Assembly: GCA_964619425.1 (NCBI GenBank)
Contig: CAZUDS010000001.1
Span: 1-26,571 of the forward strand
From: an uncultured Candidatus Saccharibacteria bacterium
GTDB taxonomy: Bacteria > Patescibacteriota > Minisyncoccia > Minisyncoccales > CAZUDS01
Direction of reading: 5' to 3'
DNA: 26,571 bases
Shown: in pieces, positions 15,841-23,624 of the stretch
Numbering within the stretch: the stretch's first letter is position 1
How the letters are laid out: every line of letters begins with the position of its first letter
Notes under the pieces: generated by a model
The model's input: only the letters and a program-made list of their open reading frames with translations
Databases searched by the model: none
What the model was told of the DNA's origin: nothing
Position numbers and translations under genes: made by a program

Positions 15841-16267
15841 ATTTTTAGACCATTGAATAACTCCCGTTTTTCTACGAAATTATCTATATTTATCTATTTC
15901 TATTCGTCTAATAGGGGCTGATTTACGCTGATAATAACACTGATTTACGCGGAAAAAATTGTTCAACAATCTTAATTATAAATTAAATTAATTATTATAG
16001 TTATTATTAAGGAAAAGATTTTTTGGGAATTATCTTGTTTATTAAAGAATTAGCAGCGTTTCGGTATCTTAAAACTAGTTAAAAAAATAAAGAATTACTT
16101 TGGGAATAAAATTTTATTAAAATTCTTCTCTTTTTATTCAGTATTTTTCCCCAAAAATTCCAGGGCCTTAATATGACAATCCGGAGAAAGTTTTATTTCG
16201 GATTTCCCGCCAAAACACTCCTGAAATACTCAAAAAATACTGTAATTTCTATTTCGTAATTCAAAAA
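15841..16267. other. Candidate oriC segment (dnaA-dnaN intergenic, very AT-rich)
   Basis: Near-pure A/T tract ~15972-16010; DnaA-box-like tgggaatta (16024), tgggaataa (16101), ttttcccca (16145); position between dnaA and dnaN. Confidence 0.5.
15916..15956. repeat. Solitary CGCTGAT decamer arm (4 units)
   Basis: ggctgattt acgctgataa ta acactgattt acgcggaaaa. Confidence 0.8.
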
Positions 16268-17611
16268 TTAATTAAATATTCTTTGTCTTATTAAGCTAAT
16301 TTCTTCGGTTAGGTTTTCGTTTTTTCTCATCTCTCTTTCAATTTTCTTTTTAGCGTAAATAATAGTGGTATGATCTTTATCTTTGAATTTTCTGGCAATT
16401 AAAGGATAAGAACACTTTAGATCCTCTCTTAGTAGATACATAGCAATTTGCCTAGGCCTAACAATTTCTTGCTTTCTTGAGGGGCTTAACACTTCCCTTT
16501 CTTTAAGATCGTAAAATTCGGCCACCACCTGGAGAACTTTCTTAAAATTAGCCACTTTTTTAGGACCGATAACTGTTTTTTTAAGAATGTCTTGGGTCTC
16601 TGTTAATGTTAGCGGGCCGTTTTTCATTTTTTGGCAGACGGCTAATTGATTAACCGCTCCTTCTAACTCTCTAATATTATTTTTAATATTAACCGCAATG
16701 AACTCTAAAATTTCGTCAGAAAGAGAAATGTTTTTTTCTTTAATTTTGATTCCTAAAATAGCCATTCTGGTTTCCAAGTCAGGCGTGCCGATATTGGTCG
16801 TCATACCCCCTCCAAACCGCGAAATCAACCTTTCTTCTAAAACAGAGATGGCTCTCGGCGGCTTATCAGAGGAAAGAACAATCTGTTTATTTCTTTCATA
16901 TAAAACATTAAAGACATGAAAAAATTCTTCCTGGGTTTTTTCTTTGCCAGCCAAGAATTGGACATCGTCAACAATTAGAAAATCTATTTCCCTGTATTTT
17001 ATCTTAAAACTCTCAAGGCCCTGATTTTTAATGGCCGCTACCATATCCGAAGTAAACTTTTCTGATGTTATGTATTTTATTTTTTTGTTGGGGAATTTCT
17101 TTCTATTTTGATTGCCAATTGCTTGCAAGAGATGGGTTTTGCCTAATCCGACACCGCCGTAAATAAATAAAGGGTTATAGGTTAGACCCTGTTTGTCAGA
17201 GACGCACCAGGCAGCAGCATGGGCTAATTCGTTAAAAGAGCCCACGACAAAATTTTCAAACTGATACCTTGGGTTAAGCCCGGACTGCTTTTCAATCGCA
17301 AACTCTCGGAGGTCAAGCTGGGGAGTTTTTTTTAGCGGCAAAAAAGCCCTTTCCTTAATTGTTGGGCCGGCGCTGATAATATATTTTATTTCTTTAATTT
17401 CTGGCGACAATTTATGAAGAGCCCCCAACAAGATTTTATGATATTTATTTTTTAGCCATTCTTTGGAAAAATTATTTGGGACTGAAACAATCATCTGACC
17501 ATCTTTAATATCTGAAATTTTGGTGTTCTTAAACCAAGTAGAAAAGTTGGCTTGGCTAATTTGGAATTGAATTTGGGCTAAAATAGATTGCCACAGTTCT
17601 TTTCCGTCCAT
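16268..17611 (-). CDS. dnaA: Chromosomal replication initiator DnaA
   Basis: WQSILAQI...FSTWF, FENFVVG, YNPLFIYGGVGLGKTHLLQAIG, LIVDDVQF, RELEGA, RPRQIAMYL, DHTT. Confidence 0.98.
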   Translation of the reverse strand: MDGKELWQSILAQIQFQISQANFSTWFKNTKISDIKDGQMIVSVPNNFSKEWLKNKYHKILLGALHKLSPEIKEIKYIISAGPTIKERAFLPLKKTPQLDLREFAIEKQSGLNPRYQFENFVVGSFNELAHAAAWCVSDKQGLTYNPLFIYGGVGLGKTHLLQAIGNQNRKKFPNKKIKYITSEKFTSDMVAAIKNQGLESFKIKYREIDFLIVDDVQFLAGKEKTQEEFFHVFNVLYERNKQIVLSSDKPPRAISVLEERLISRFGGGMTTNIGTPDLETRMAILGIKIKEKNISLSDEILEFIAVNIKNNIRELEGAVNQLAVCQKMKNGPLTLTETQDILKKTVIGPKKVANFKKVLQVVAEFYDLKEREVLSPSRKQEIVRPRQIAMYLLREDLKCSYPLIARKFKDKDHTTIIYAKKKIEREMRKNENLTEEISLIRQRIFN

Positions 17612-17619
17612 ATTAAAAG

Positions 17620-17689
17620 GGGTTTAGGTTGCAGCTTTTAGGCGCTTCCTGATAACCTAAAACCTAATAACCTAAAACCTAATAACCTA
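17620..17689. repeat. AACCTA/TAGGTT heptamer-octamer inverted arrays in the dnaA leader
   Basis: (ataacctaaaaccta)x2 + ataaccta at 17652-17689; opposing tttaggtt and ttttagg at 17623-17642. Confidence 0.75.
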
Positions 17690-17701
17690 CAAGCTGTCTG
17701 T

Positions 17702-17731
17702 ATTATAACTGAAACCAAGAGATGAAGTCAA
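17702..17731 (-). promoter_or_regulatory. Putative dnaA promoter
   Basis: TTGACT (17731-17726), 18-bp spacer, TATAAT (17707-17702). Confidence 0.7.
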
Positions 17732-17772
17732 CCCTTATAAATAGGGGCGGAGAAAGATAAAAAGCCATAATT

Positions 17773-17803
17773 CGTTAATAAGTTGGGGACAAATTGTGGA
17801 TTT
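17773..17803. promoter_or_regulatory. Three degenerate DnaA boxes at 11-bp periodicity
   Basis: cgttaataa (17773), tggggacaa (17784), tgtggattt (17795) versus TGTGGATAA; 2-bp spacers; upstream of the dnaA promoter. Confidence 0.5.
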
Positions 17804-17826
17804 TTTCCGAGCCGGATCGCTAAGCC

Positions 17827-17893
17827 ATGTTCGAAGCCGGGATCTGAACATCAATAAAAGCGCGCCTGGATGTTCGGAGCCGGGCTTTGAACG
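17827..17893. repeat. Pair of ATGTTC...GAACAT REP-like repeats, inverted orientation
   Basis: Exact reverse-complement copy at 17827-17851; degenerate copy at 17870-17893. Confidence 0.88.
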
Positions 17894-17922
17894 CAGACAC
17901 CAGCCATCAATTTTCAGTATAT

Positions 17923-17951
17923 TTGACTTAGATTTCATAACATACTAAACT
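17923..17951 (+). promoter_or_regulatory. Putative rpmH operon promoter
   Basis: TTGACT (17923-17928), 17-bp spacer, TAAACT (17946-17951). Confidence 0.6.
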
Positions 17952-18000
17952 AACGTCAGAGAGGGTTTTCTACTGACCATTCTCTGTGCTAACGTTTATT

Positions 18001-18135
18001 ATGTCAATTACCTATCAACCAAAAAAGAAAAAAAGGAAAAAAACCCACGGCTTTATTAAGAGGAAAAAAACGAAAGCCGGAGTTAGGGTTTTAAGCAGGA
18101 GAAGGAGGAAAAAACGAAAGAGGTTAACTGTGTAA
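18001..18135 (+). CDS. rpmH: 50S ribosomal protein L34 (44 aa; missing from the ORF track)
   Basis: Manual translation [44 protein letters not shown]; canonical position before rnpA. Confidence 0.96.
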   Translation: MSITYQPKKKKRKKTHGFIKRKKTKAGVRVLSRRRRKKRKRLTV

Positions 18136-18162
18136 TAAAAATTTTGGAAGAGCCATACAGTT

Positions 18163-18603
18163 ATGCTTCTGAAAAAGAACCGATTAAAAAAGAAAAAGGA
18201 CTTTGAAAGGGTTCTTAAACAGGGCAGTGGTTTCAAAGAAAATTTTTTATTTTTGAAGGTAGCCAAAAACGGCTCAGAGATAAGCAAATTTGGTTTTATA
18301 GTTAGCCGAAAGGTCTCCCAGAGAGCGAACGAAAGAAACAAGCTCAAAAGAAGAATGAGGGAGTTATTGAAAAGCAGGATGTCAAGAATTGAAAAGGGCG
18401 TTGACGTGGTTTTTGTTGCCCAACCCGGCTTACAAGAAAAGAGTTTTGAGGAATTGGAGAAAATCGTAGAAAAGCTACTTCAAAGGTCTGGAATTTTTAT
18501 TATATCGGAAACTGAAAAATCAAGTCCGAAGGACGCAGATTTTTCAGATTTTCCGATTAAGCCCGCTCTACCCCGCCCTCTATGCTCAGAGAATAAAGAT
18601 TAA
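18163..18603 (+). CDS. rnpA: Ribonuclease P protein component, with a C-terminal extension from palindromic DNA
   Basis: NRLKKKKDFERV, KFGFIVSRKV, RANERNKLKRRMRE (RNR-type motif), DVVFVA. Confidence 0.93.
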   Translation: MLLKKNRLKKKKDFERVLKQGSGFKENFLFLKVAKNGSEISKFGFIVSRKVSQRANERNKLKRRMRELLKSRMSRIEKGVDVVFVAQPGLQEKSFEELEKIVEKLLQRSGIFIISETEKSSPKDADFSDFPIKPALPRPLCSENKD

Positions 18604-18714
18604 ACAAAGAGCCTTTAAATTAAACTTAATTTACTCGCATAACCAAAATTCAATACACTTAGAGGGCGGGGTTAGGGCGGAATAGTGCGAAAATTTCTGA
18701 AAGAAATTTTCGCC
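18504..18714. repeat. Cluster of three stem-loops across the rnpA 3' end
   Basis: atcggaaactgaaaaatc..gatttttcagattttccgat (18504-18557); accccgccctcta/tagagggcggggt perfect 13-bp IR (18570-18582/18660-18672); gcgaaaaatttc..gaaattttcgc (18687-18714). Confidence 0.8.
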
Positions 18715-18750
18715 TATGTGCTAACCCCCAGCCCATAATTCATAGCTTTT

Positions 18751-18984
18751 ATGATTAAGACCCTTGTCTTAAATAGTATTAAATTTTACCAAAAAGTTTT
18801 TTCGCCCGACCAAGGAATTTTTAGCTTTTTGTCCAGGAGAGGGGTTTGTCGTTTCTATCCTTCTTGTTCCCAGTACTTCTATTCAGCCGTTAAGAAATAC
18901 GGCATTTTCAGGGGAACTTGGTTAGGAATAAAGAGAATAGTCAAGTGTCATCCATTTAATCCTGGCGGAGTGGACATACCCTAA
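18751..18984 (+). CDS. yidD: Membrane protein insertion efficiency factor YidD
   Basis: [34 protein letters not shown]. Confidence 0.95.
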   Translation: MIKTLVLNSIKFYQKVFSPDQGIFSFLSRRGVCRFYPSCSQYFYSAVKKYGIFRGTWLGIKRIVKCHPFNPGGVDIP

Positions 18985-19002
18985 TAATACTTAAAAACAA
19001 CT

Positions 19003-19740
19003 ATGAGTTTTCTTATCCAGGCCTTTAACCTTATATTGTACCAGCCCATTTTGAATGCCCTGATTCTCCTTTATCACTATTTGCCGGGACAGGATTTCGG
19101 TGTGGCGATTATTGTTTTGACTTTGTTAATCAGGGCTTTGCTCTATCCCCTTTCGCGCCAGGCAATTATTTCTCAAAAAGCAATGACCGACCTCCAGCCA
19201 AAAATAAAAGAAATTCAGAAAAAATATAAAAAAGACAGAGAAGGACTGGCAAAAGCAACGATGAATCTTTACAAAGAGGAAAAAATTAATCCTTTTTCCG
19301 GCTGCCTGCCTTTTTTAATTCAAATTCCTATTTTAATTGCTCTTTTTCAGGTTTTCTCGCGAGGGTTTGGGCAAGACCAAATAGGGTTTCTCTATGATTT
19401 TGTCCCCAGTCCGTTAAATGGGTTCGTGCCAAGTTTCCTGGGATTAGTTAATCTTTCCCAGCCCAATTTTATTCTTGCGATTATAGCCGGTTTTCTTCAG
19501 TTTTGGCAGACGAAAATGCTGTCACCTAAAACCAAAAAAACCGGCAATAAAAAGGACGGTCAATCAGTATTCCTTGAACTTTTCCAAAAACAAATGCTTT
19601 ATTTATTTCCTGTTTTTACTTTTATGATTTTATTGGGCTTTCCTTCGGCCCTGGCTCTTTTTTGGGCAGTAACAAGTTTATTTGTTATTGGTCAGCAACA
19701 CTTTTTCTTAAAAACAAAAAAAAATGCAAAACCAATTTGA
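19003..19740 (+). CDS. yidC: YidC/Oxa1 membrane insertase (short form without a large periplasmic domain)
   Basis: DFGVAIIVLTLLIRALLYPL, LQPKIKEIQKKY, INPFSGCLPFLIQIPI, PSALALFWAVTSLF. Confidence 0.96.
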   Translation: MSFLIQAFNLILYQPILNALILLYHYLPGQDFGVAIIVLTLLIRALLYPLSRQAIISQKAMTDLQPKIKEIQKKYKKDREGLAKATMNLYKEEKINPFSGCLPFLIQIPILIALFQVFSRGFGQDQIGFLYDFVPSPLNGFVPSFLGLVNLSQPNFILAIIAGFLQFWQTKMLSPKTKKTGNKKDGQSVFLELFQKQMLYLFPVFTFMILLGFPSALALFWAVTSLFVIGQQHFFLKTKKNAKPI

Positions 19741-20185
19741 TTTGAAAAAAATTAGGGCTGTTTGTCAAGAATTTTTTGAAAAAATGGGTTTTTTAGGGTC
19801 ATTAGAAGTAGGAGAGACCCGAGACAGAACCTTGCCCGTAAGAATAAGGACTGAGGAGCCCCGAATTTTAATTGGTCGAAACGGGCAGACCCTCTCGGAA
19901 ATTCAACATTTATTAAAGGCAGTTCTGCGAAGGAAATTTGGCAGCGATTTTTATCTTGACTTAGATATTAATGGCTACAAGGAGAAAAAAATAGAGTACT
20001 TAAAGGATTTAGCCCAAGTTACAGCTGATGAGGTTTCTTTAAGCAAAAAGCAAAAAACCCTGGCGCCAATGTCCTCTTATGAAAGAAGAATTATTCATCT
20101 TGAATTAGCTGAGCGTCAGGATGTTGTTACCGAAAGCATGGGCCAGGGATTAGAAAGAAGGGTGATAATCAAGCCCGGGTCCTGA
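19724..20185 (+). CDS. jag: Jag/KhpB (EloR-like) KH + R3H RNA-binding protein
   Basis: LIGRNGQTLSEIQHLL (KH), LDINGYK, PMSSYERRIIHLEL (R3H), RRVIIKP. Confidence 0.92.
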   Translation: MQNQFDLKKIRAVCQEFFEKMGFLGSLEVGETRDRTLPVRIRTEEPRILIGRNGQTLSEIQHLLKAVLRRKFGSDFYLDLDINGYKEKKIEYLKDLAQVTADEVSLSKKQKTLAPMSSYERRIIHLELAERQDVVTESMGQGLERRVIIKPGS

Positions 20186-20189
20186 AATA

Positions 20190-20324
20190 ATGTTCAGATC
20201 CCGGCTTCGAACATCCAAGTGGGTACAAATTACAAATGACTTACAAATATACAAATATTTGTATATTTGTATTTATTCGTAATTCGTACACTTTTATTGA
20301 TGTTCAGATCCCGGCTTCGAACAT
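20190..20324. repeat. Composite element: two direct ATGTTC...GAACAT REPs enclosing a TACAAAT/ATTCGTA inverted-arm element
   Basis: Exact 25-mers at 20190-20214 and 20300-20324; perfect 30-bp palindrome tacaaatatacaaat|atttgtatatttgta at 20242-20271; outer arms 20223-20237/20275-20289. Confidence 0.9.
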
Positions 20325-20328
20325 ATAT

Positions 20329-20355
20329 GTCTGGCGGTATTTGATACCGCCAGAC
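20329..20355. repeat. Perfect GC-rich hairpin between convergent genes (REP-like; possible terminator)
   Basis: gtctggcggtat-ttg-ataccgccagac, 12-bp arms. Confidence 0.75.
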
Positions 20356-20361
20356 CTTTGC

Positions 20362-21771
20362 TTAAAATACTTCAAGAACCTGGAGAATTAGAAAGGACTT
20401 GGGTCTAGTGGGTTCAGGCTCAAGCGGCCAATAAAGACGGCCATCTGCTGTATCGCCAAAATTAGGCACATCTGTATGAAACCAATAAGTGTCTCCTCGG
20501 TCCCAGTGCTTTTTATTTCCTGGCTCTGTTGGCCAAAGGAAAACAAGATATTTAACTGATTTGTCCGCATCAATTTCCATTGACAAGGGATACCAGCCAT
20601 TACCCTTTGTTGAAGCAACATTTCGTATTCTTTCGCCAGGCGGCTCACCAGGCACTATCCCATGGTAGAGTCCCGGTTCCTCTCCTTTTAGTTCTGCCAT
20701 TACTCTTTGGCAGCCATATCTTGAGATATTATCGCCGCTTATTTCTAAACATGCTCCTTTGCCTGGGTATTCTCTATCAGGATAATGGTGCTCAAAGAAA
20801 GTTATGCCATCCATACCCGCAGTATAGATAGATTCAGCTGGTCTTTTAAAAAATAACATCGAAAGACAGGGGACATTAAGTCCCGGGTCAGGGATTTCAG
20901 GGTTTAGTACAAAATATTCTATCCTATCTTTCTTGTCCCTCTCTATCAACACACTAGGCCCTGTAAATCTACTATCAAGGATTCTGACTCTTCCTCGGAG
21001 TTCAGGATATTCAAAACAGGCAAGACCATAGTAATGTAAGGCCTCATCTTCATATTTATGTTCAAGCGTTACCGGGTCTCTTATATACTCACGTGTTTCT
21101 GGGTCTATTTTCTTTTTCTTTGGGCTGACAAAAACAAAAGAGTGCATCTCGCCCGTCAAATCAATACTTCCTCCGCCAGCAAGAGGAAATTCTTCCACCC
21201 GGCCAACCTGGGGGATATTTCCAGAAGGTATTCTAATTATTCCAGGCACTCTACTTATTCCTTCTCCGCTTTTTCTTTCCTCTATTAAAAATTTATAATG
21301 CAAATGGACGGGAATTAAAGCTATTCCATCTCTAAAAGAAGCTGGCTCCCCGCCGGGCAGTACTGGTTCTATGGGCTTAGGCATATGAATAACAACTAAT
21401 CCAGGGTCAATGGTATGTAAAATTACCCAGGAACCGAGGAGCAGGGCTAAGCCCAAAAAAGCAGCAATAATTTGTTTTTTGGCTTCTGACTTGGCGGTTG
21501 GACTGCCCAAAGAGATAAGAAAACGGATGCCCCCATAAATCAGAGCGCAAAAAGCAATAATTCCGCCAATAATAACAATAAAATAATAAATATAGAGAGC
21601 CAAACCACCCAGTCCCATATCATGAGTAATTCTGAGCGGTATTCTAAAACCAGGCAGATTCAGCTCAGGATATCTAAGCTGAAGCTCGGCCCGGACTGAA
21701 GCAAAGGGAAAACAGGCGAGAAAAAAGAGAAAAACAAGAAAAAGAATTTTGACTAATTTTTGATAGTCCAT
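20362..21771 (-). CDS. VirB2/TrbC-like (T4SS_pilin) protein A with a long beta-rich C-terminal passenger
   Basis: Signal peptide MDYQKLVKILFLVFLFF; pilin hairpin YYFIVIIGGIIAFCALIYGGIRFLISLGSPTAKSEAKKQIIAAFLGLALLLGSWVILHTIDP; ATG start at 21771 preferred over GTG at 21825, which lies in repeats. Confidence 0.85.
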   Translation of the reverse strand: MDYQKLVKILFLVFLFFLACFPFASVRAELQLRYPELNLPGFRIPLRITHDMGLGGLALYIYYFIVIIGGIIAFCALIYGGIRFLISLGSPTAKSEAKKQIIAAFLGLALLLGSWVILHTIDPGLVVIHMPKPIEPVLPGGEPASFRDGIALIPVHLHYKFLIEERKSGEGISRVPGIIRIPSGNIPQVGRVEEFPLAGGGSIDLTGEMHSFVFVSPKKKKIDPETREYIRDPVTLEHKYEDEALHYYGLACFEYPELRGRVRILDSRFTGPSVLIERDKKDRIEYFVLNPEIPDPGLNVPCLSMLFFKRPAESIYTAGMDGITFFEHHYPDREYPGKGACLEISGDNISRYGCQRVMAELKGEEPGLYHGIVPGEPPGERIRNVASTKGNGWYPLSMEIDADKSVKYLVFLWPTEPGNKKHWDRGDTYWFHTDVPNFGDTADGRLYWPLEPEPTRPKSFLILQVLEVF

Positions 21772-21777
21772 TTTTAA

Positions 21778-21849
21778 GTTGTAGGTTGTAGGTTGTAGGT
21801 TGTAGGTTGTAGAACTACCCTCCACCCTCTACCCTCTACCCCCCATTCT
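21778..21849. repeat. GTTGTAG x5 / CTACCCT x4 opposing heptamer arrays
   Basis: Exact gttgtag x5 at 21778-21812; ctaccct ccaccct ctaccct ctacccc at 21815-21842. Confidence 0.9.
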
Positions 21850-21851
21850 AC

Positions 21852-22514
21852 TTATTTACAGTGAAAATAATCATTGCCATCCCAGGGACAATCAGGAATT
21901 CTGGCAGTTGGGATTCTCATATCCATTAGCCGAAAACAATCATATAAAGAAGTTGTCTCTCTTTGTTCATAAAAAACAGCAAAACTATTGGCAATTTTAA
22001 TATTTTCTTTTAGCAGGTCGTCAAGAGCGGGCTCTAATTCTAAAAGTTTTTTATAGACCCTTTGAAAGCTACGTTTTGCTTCAACAAGTTTATTGTGTTC
22101 CTCTATGATTCTTGATAAATGATAACAAACAGGATATGAACCAAGTTTACAGGGGAGCACCACACATATTGGGAAAACACATATACACTGGCCATCGCAA
22201 TTTGAACTTTTGCAGTCCTGACTAAGAAGAGTTAATTTATGGCTTCTTTTTAGGATTTCTTTGGCTAATTGTTTTAACTCTATTATCAAAGGCAAAAACT
22301 CTTCAAGATGCATTTTTGTTTTAATCAAATGTTCGCCATAAGGAATTTTATCGCAAACATATTCTCTCGGCTTTACCTCTAATCCTTCTCTAACTTCAGG
22401 CGGCATTCCATTAACAATAGCCCTTGCCTGATTTAAGGCAGAGAAAAGGGCTGAACTTAGAAGGCCAATAACCATTATTAAAAATAGTATTTTTTTAAGA
22501 TAAATTTTAGTCAT
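21852..22514 (-). CDS. Secreted Cys-rich helical-hairpin protein E (unknown family)
   Basis: Signal/anchor ILFLIMVIGLLSSALFSA; helix - CKSSNC..CIC..C..C..C loop - helix; ends NDYFHCK; ATG start at 22514 preferred. Confidence 0.8.
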   Translation of the reverse strand: MTKIYLKKILFLIMVIGLLSSALFSALNQARAIVNGMPPEVREGLEVKPREYVCDKIPYGEHLIKTKMHLEEFLPLIIELKQLAKEILKRSHKLTLLSQDCKSSNCDGQCICVFPICVVLPCKLGSYPVCYHLSRIIEEHNKLVEAKRSFQRVYKKLLELEPALDDLLKENIKIANSFAVFYEQRETTSLYDCFRLMDMRIPTARIPDCPWDGNDYFHCK

Positions 22515-22528
22515 TTTTTTAATAGTTT

Positions 22529-22623
22529 TTCCGCGCAAATCTGCGTTTTGATCAGCGTTTTATCTGCTTCTATTGGTTTTTACGTGAATTTGCGCTGATA
22601 TAAACGTTGATTATCGTTGATAA
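22529..22623. repeat. ATCAGCG/CGCTGAT decamer arms in tail-to-tail arrangement
   Basis: atctgcgtt, atcagcgtt, atctgctt (22539-22569) then acgtgaattt gcgctgatat aa acgttgatta tcgttgataa (22582-22623). Confidence 0.75.
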
Positions 22624-22644
22624 TTATAATTTCGTAGTTCAAGA

Positions 22645-23571
22645 TTAGAAATAATGACAATAAAAGTCCAGTTCTGAGCATTCGGCTAAAAAACCTAAAT
22701 GCCTTGCTTCAGCGCAAATCCAGAGATGAGCGGTCATTCTTGTCCGGCAATGACTTATTTGTCTTCGGTAATTGTCAAATTCAATTTGAACTTTGGTTAG
22801 AAGTTTAATTTTTTCTTCTAAAAGCAAAATTTCCTTTTCTAAATCAGGCAGAAGTTGCTCGGCTAATTTTGTCGCGCTGCTACGAATTTGGGGGAGGCAG
22901 CCTCTGTTATCCTGCTTAGGAGGACAAATAGCACAGCATGTAGGACATCCAACCCTACAGTCGCTCCTAAAACTCCCACAATTACATCCCTGAGCAGCCG
23001 TTCTGAGTCCTTTAGCTGTATTGGCTATGTTATGGGGTCCGGTTATTAAATCATTCATTTTCTTAGCAATTGCTAAACTTTGTTTTTCTAAATCATGGAT
23101 TGCCTTAAAAGTTCTTTCAATAGGAATATGGGTTAGGCCTATTTTCCTTGGCGCTACCAGGCCAGGGTCAACTAATTCAGGCCTTTCTAAGGGCCGGACT
23201 GGCAAAATTTCAATTTCCCAAATTACTAATTTTGGGTCAATAGTGCTTAAGATAACATAGGAAGAGAACAAGAGCAAAAGACCCAAAAAGCAAGAAATCA
23301 CTCTTTGCCTTGCTTCTGACATTAATTTAGGATTGCCAAACGAAACAAGATATAAGAAGCCGGCATAAATGAGCAAACCGAGAGACAAAATAACTCCTAA
23401 GACCAAAAGGATTTGGTAAAAATAACGGAGCAGGTCAGGAATTTCTCTAGCCGGCGCTTCAATTCCTGGCAGAGCCGGGAGTTCTATTTCTTGAGCCGAG
23501 ACAATGGAAAAGCAGACGGGAAAAAAGAGAAAAACAAGAAAAAGAATTTTGACTAATTTTTGATAATTCAT
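22645..23571 (-). CDS. VirB2/TrbC-like pilin B fused to a Cys-rich helical-hairpin domain
   Basis: Signal peptide MNYQKLVKILFLVFLFF; LIYAGFLYLVSFGNPKLMSEARQRVISCFLGLLLLFSSYVILSTIDP; 12 Cys in the passenger; ends LDFYCHYF; ATG start at 23571 preferred. Confidence 0.85.
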   Translation of the reverse strand: MNYQKLVKILFLVFLFFPVCFSIVSAQEIELPALPGIEAPAREIPDLLRYFYQILLVLGVILSLGLLIYAGFLYLVSFGNPKLMSEARQRVISCFLGLLLLFSSYVILSTIDPKLVIWEIEILPVRPLERPELVDPGLVAPRKIGLTHIPIERTFKAIHDLEKQSLAIAKKMNDLITGPHNIANTAKGLRTAAQGCNCGSFRSDCRVGCPTCCAICPPKQDNRGCLPQIRSSATKLAEQLLPDLEKEILLLEEKIKLLTKVQIEFDNYRRQISHCRTRMTAHLWICAEARHLGFLAECSELDFYCHYF

Positions 23572-23583
23572 GTTTTTTTGTAT

Positions 23584-23624
23584 GTCGTGGGTTGTAAGAT
23601 GTAGAGCTACCTTCCACCCTCTAC
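23584..23624. repeat. Degenerate homologue of the 21778-21849 heptamer junction
   Basis: gtcgtgg gttgtaa gatgtag agctacct tccaccct ctac. Confidence 0.7.

Noticed and set aside
17735-17938. 67-aa ORF upstream of dnaA
   Set aside because: Largely translation of the REP pair (SKPGSEH, MFRSRLRT) across promoters and DnaA boxes
14306-20324. CRISPR array from the 25-bp partially palindromic repeat
   Set aside because: Only pairs, with gaps of 11, 18 and 85 bp, dispersed over 6 kb in both orientations; no cas genes
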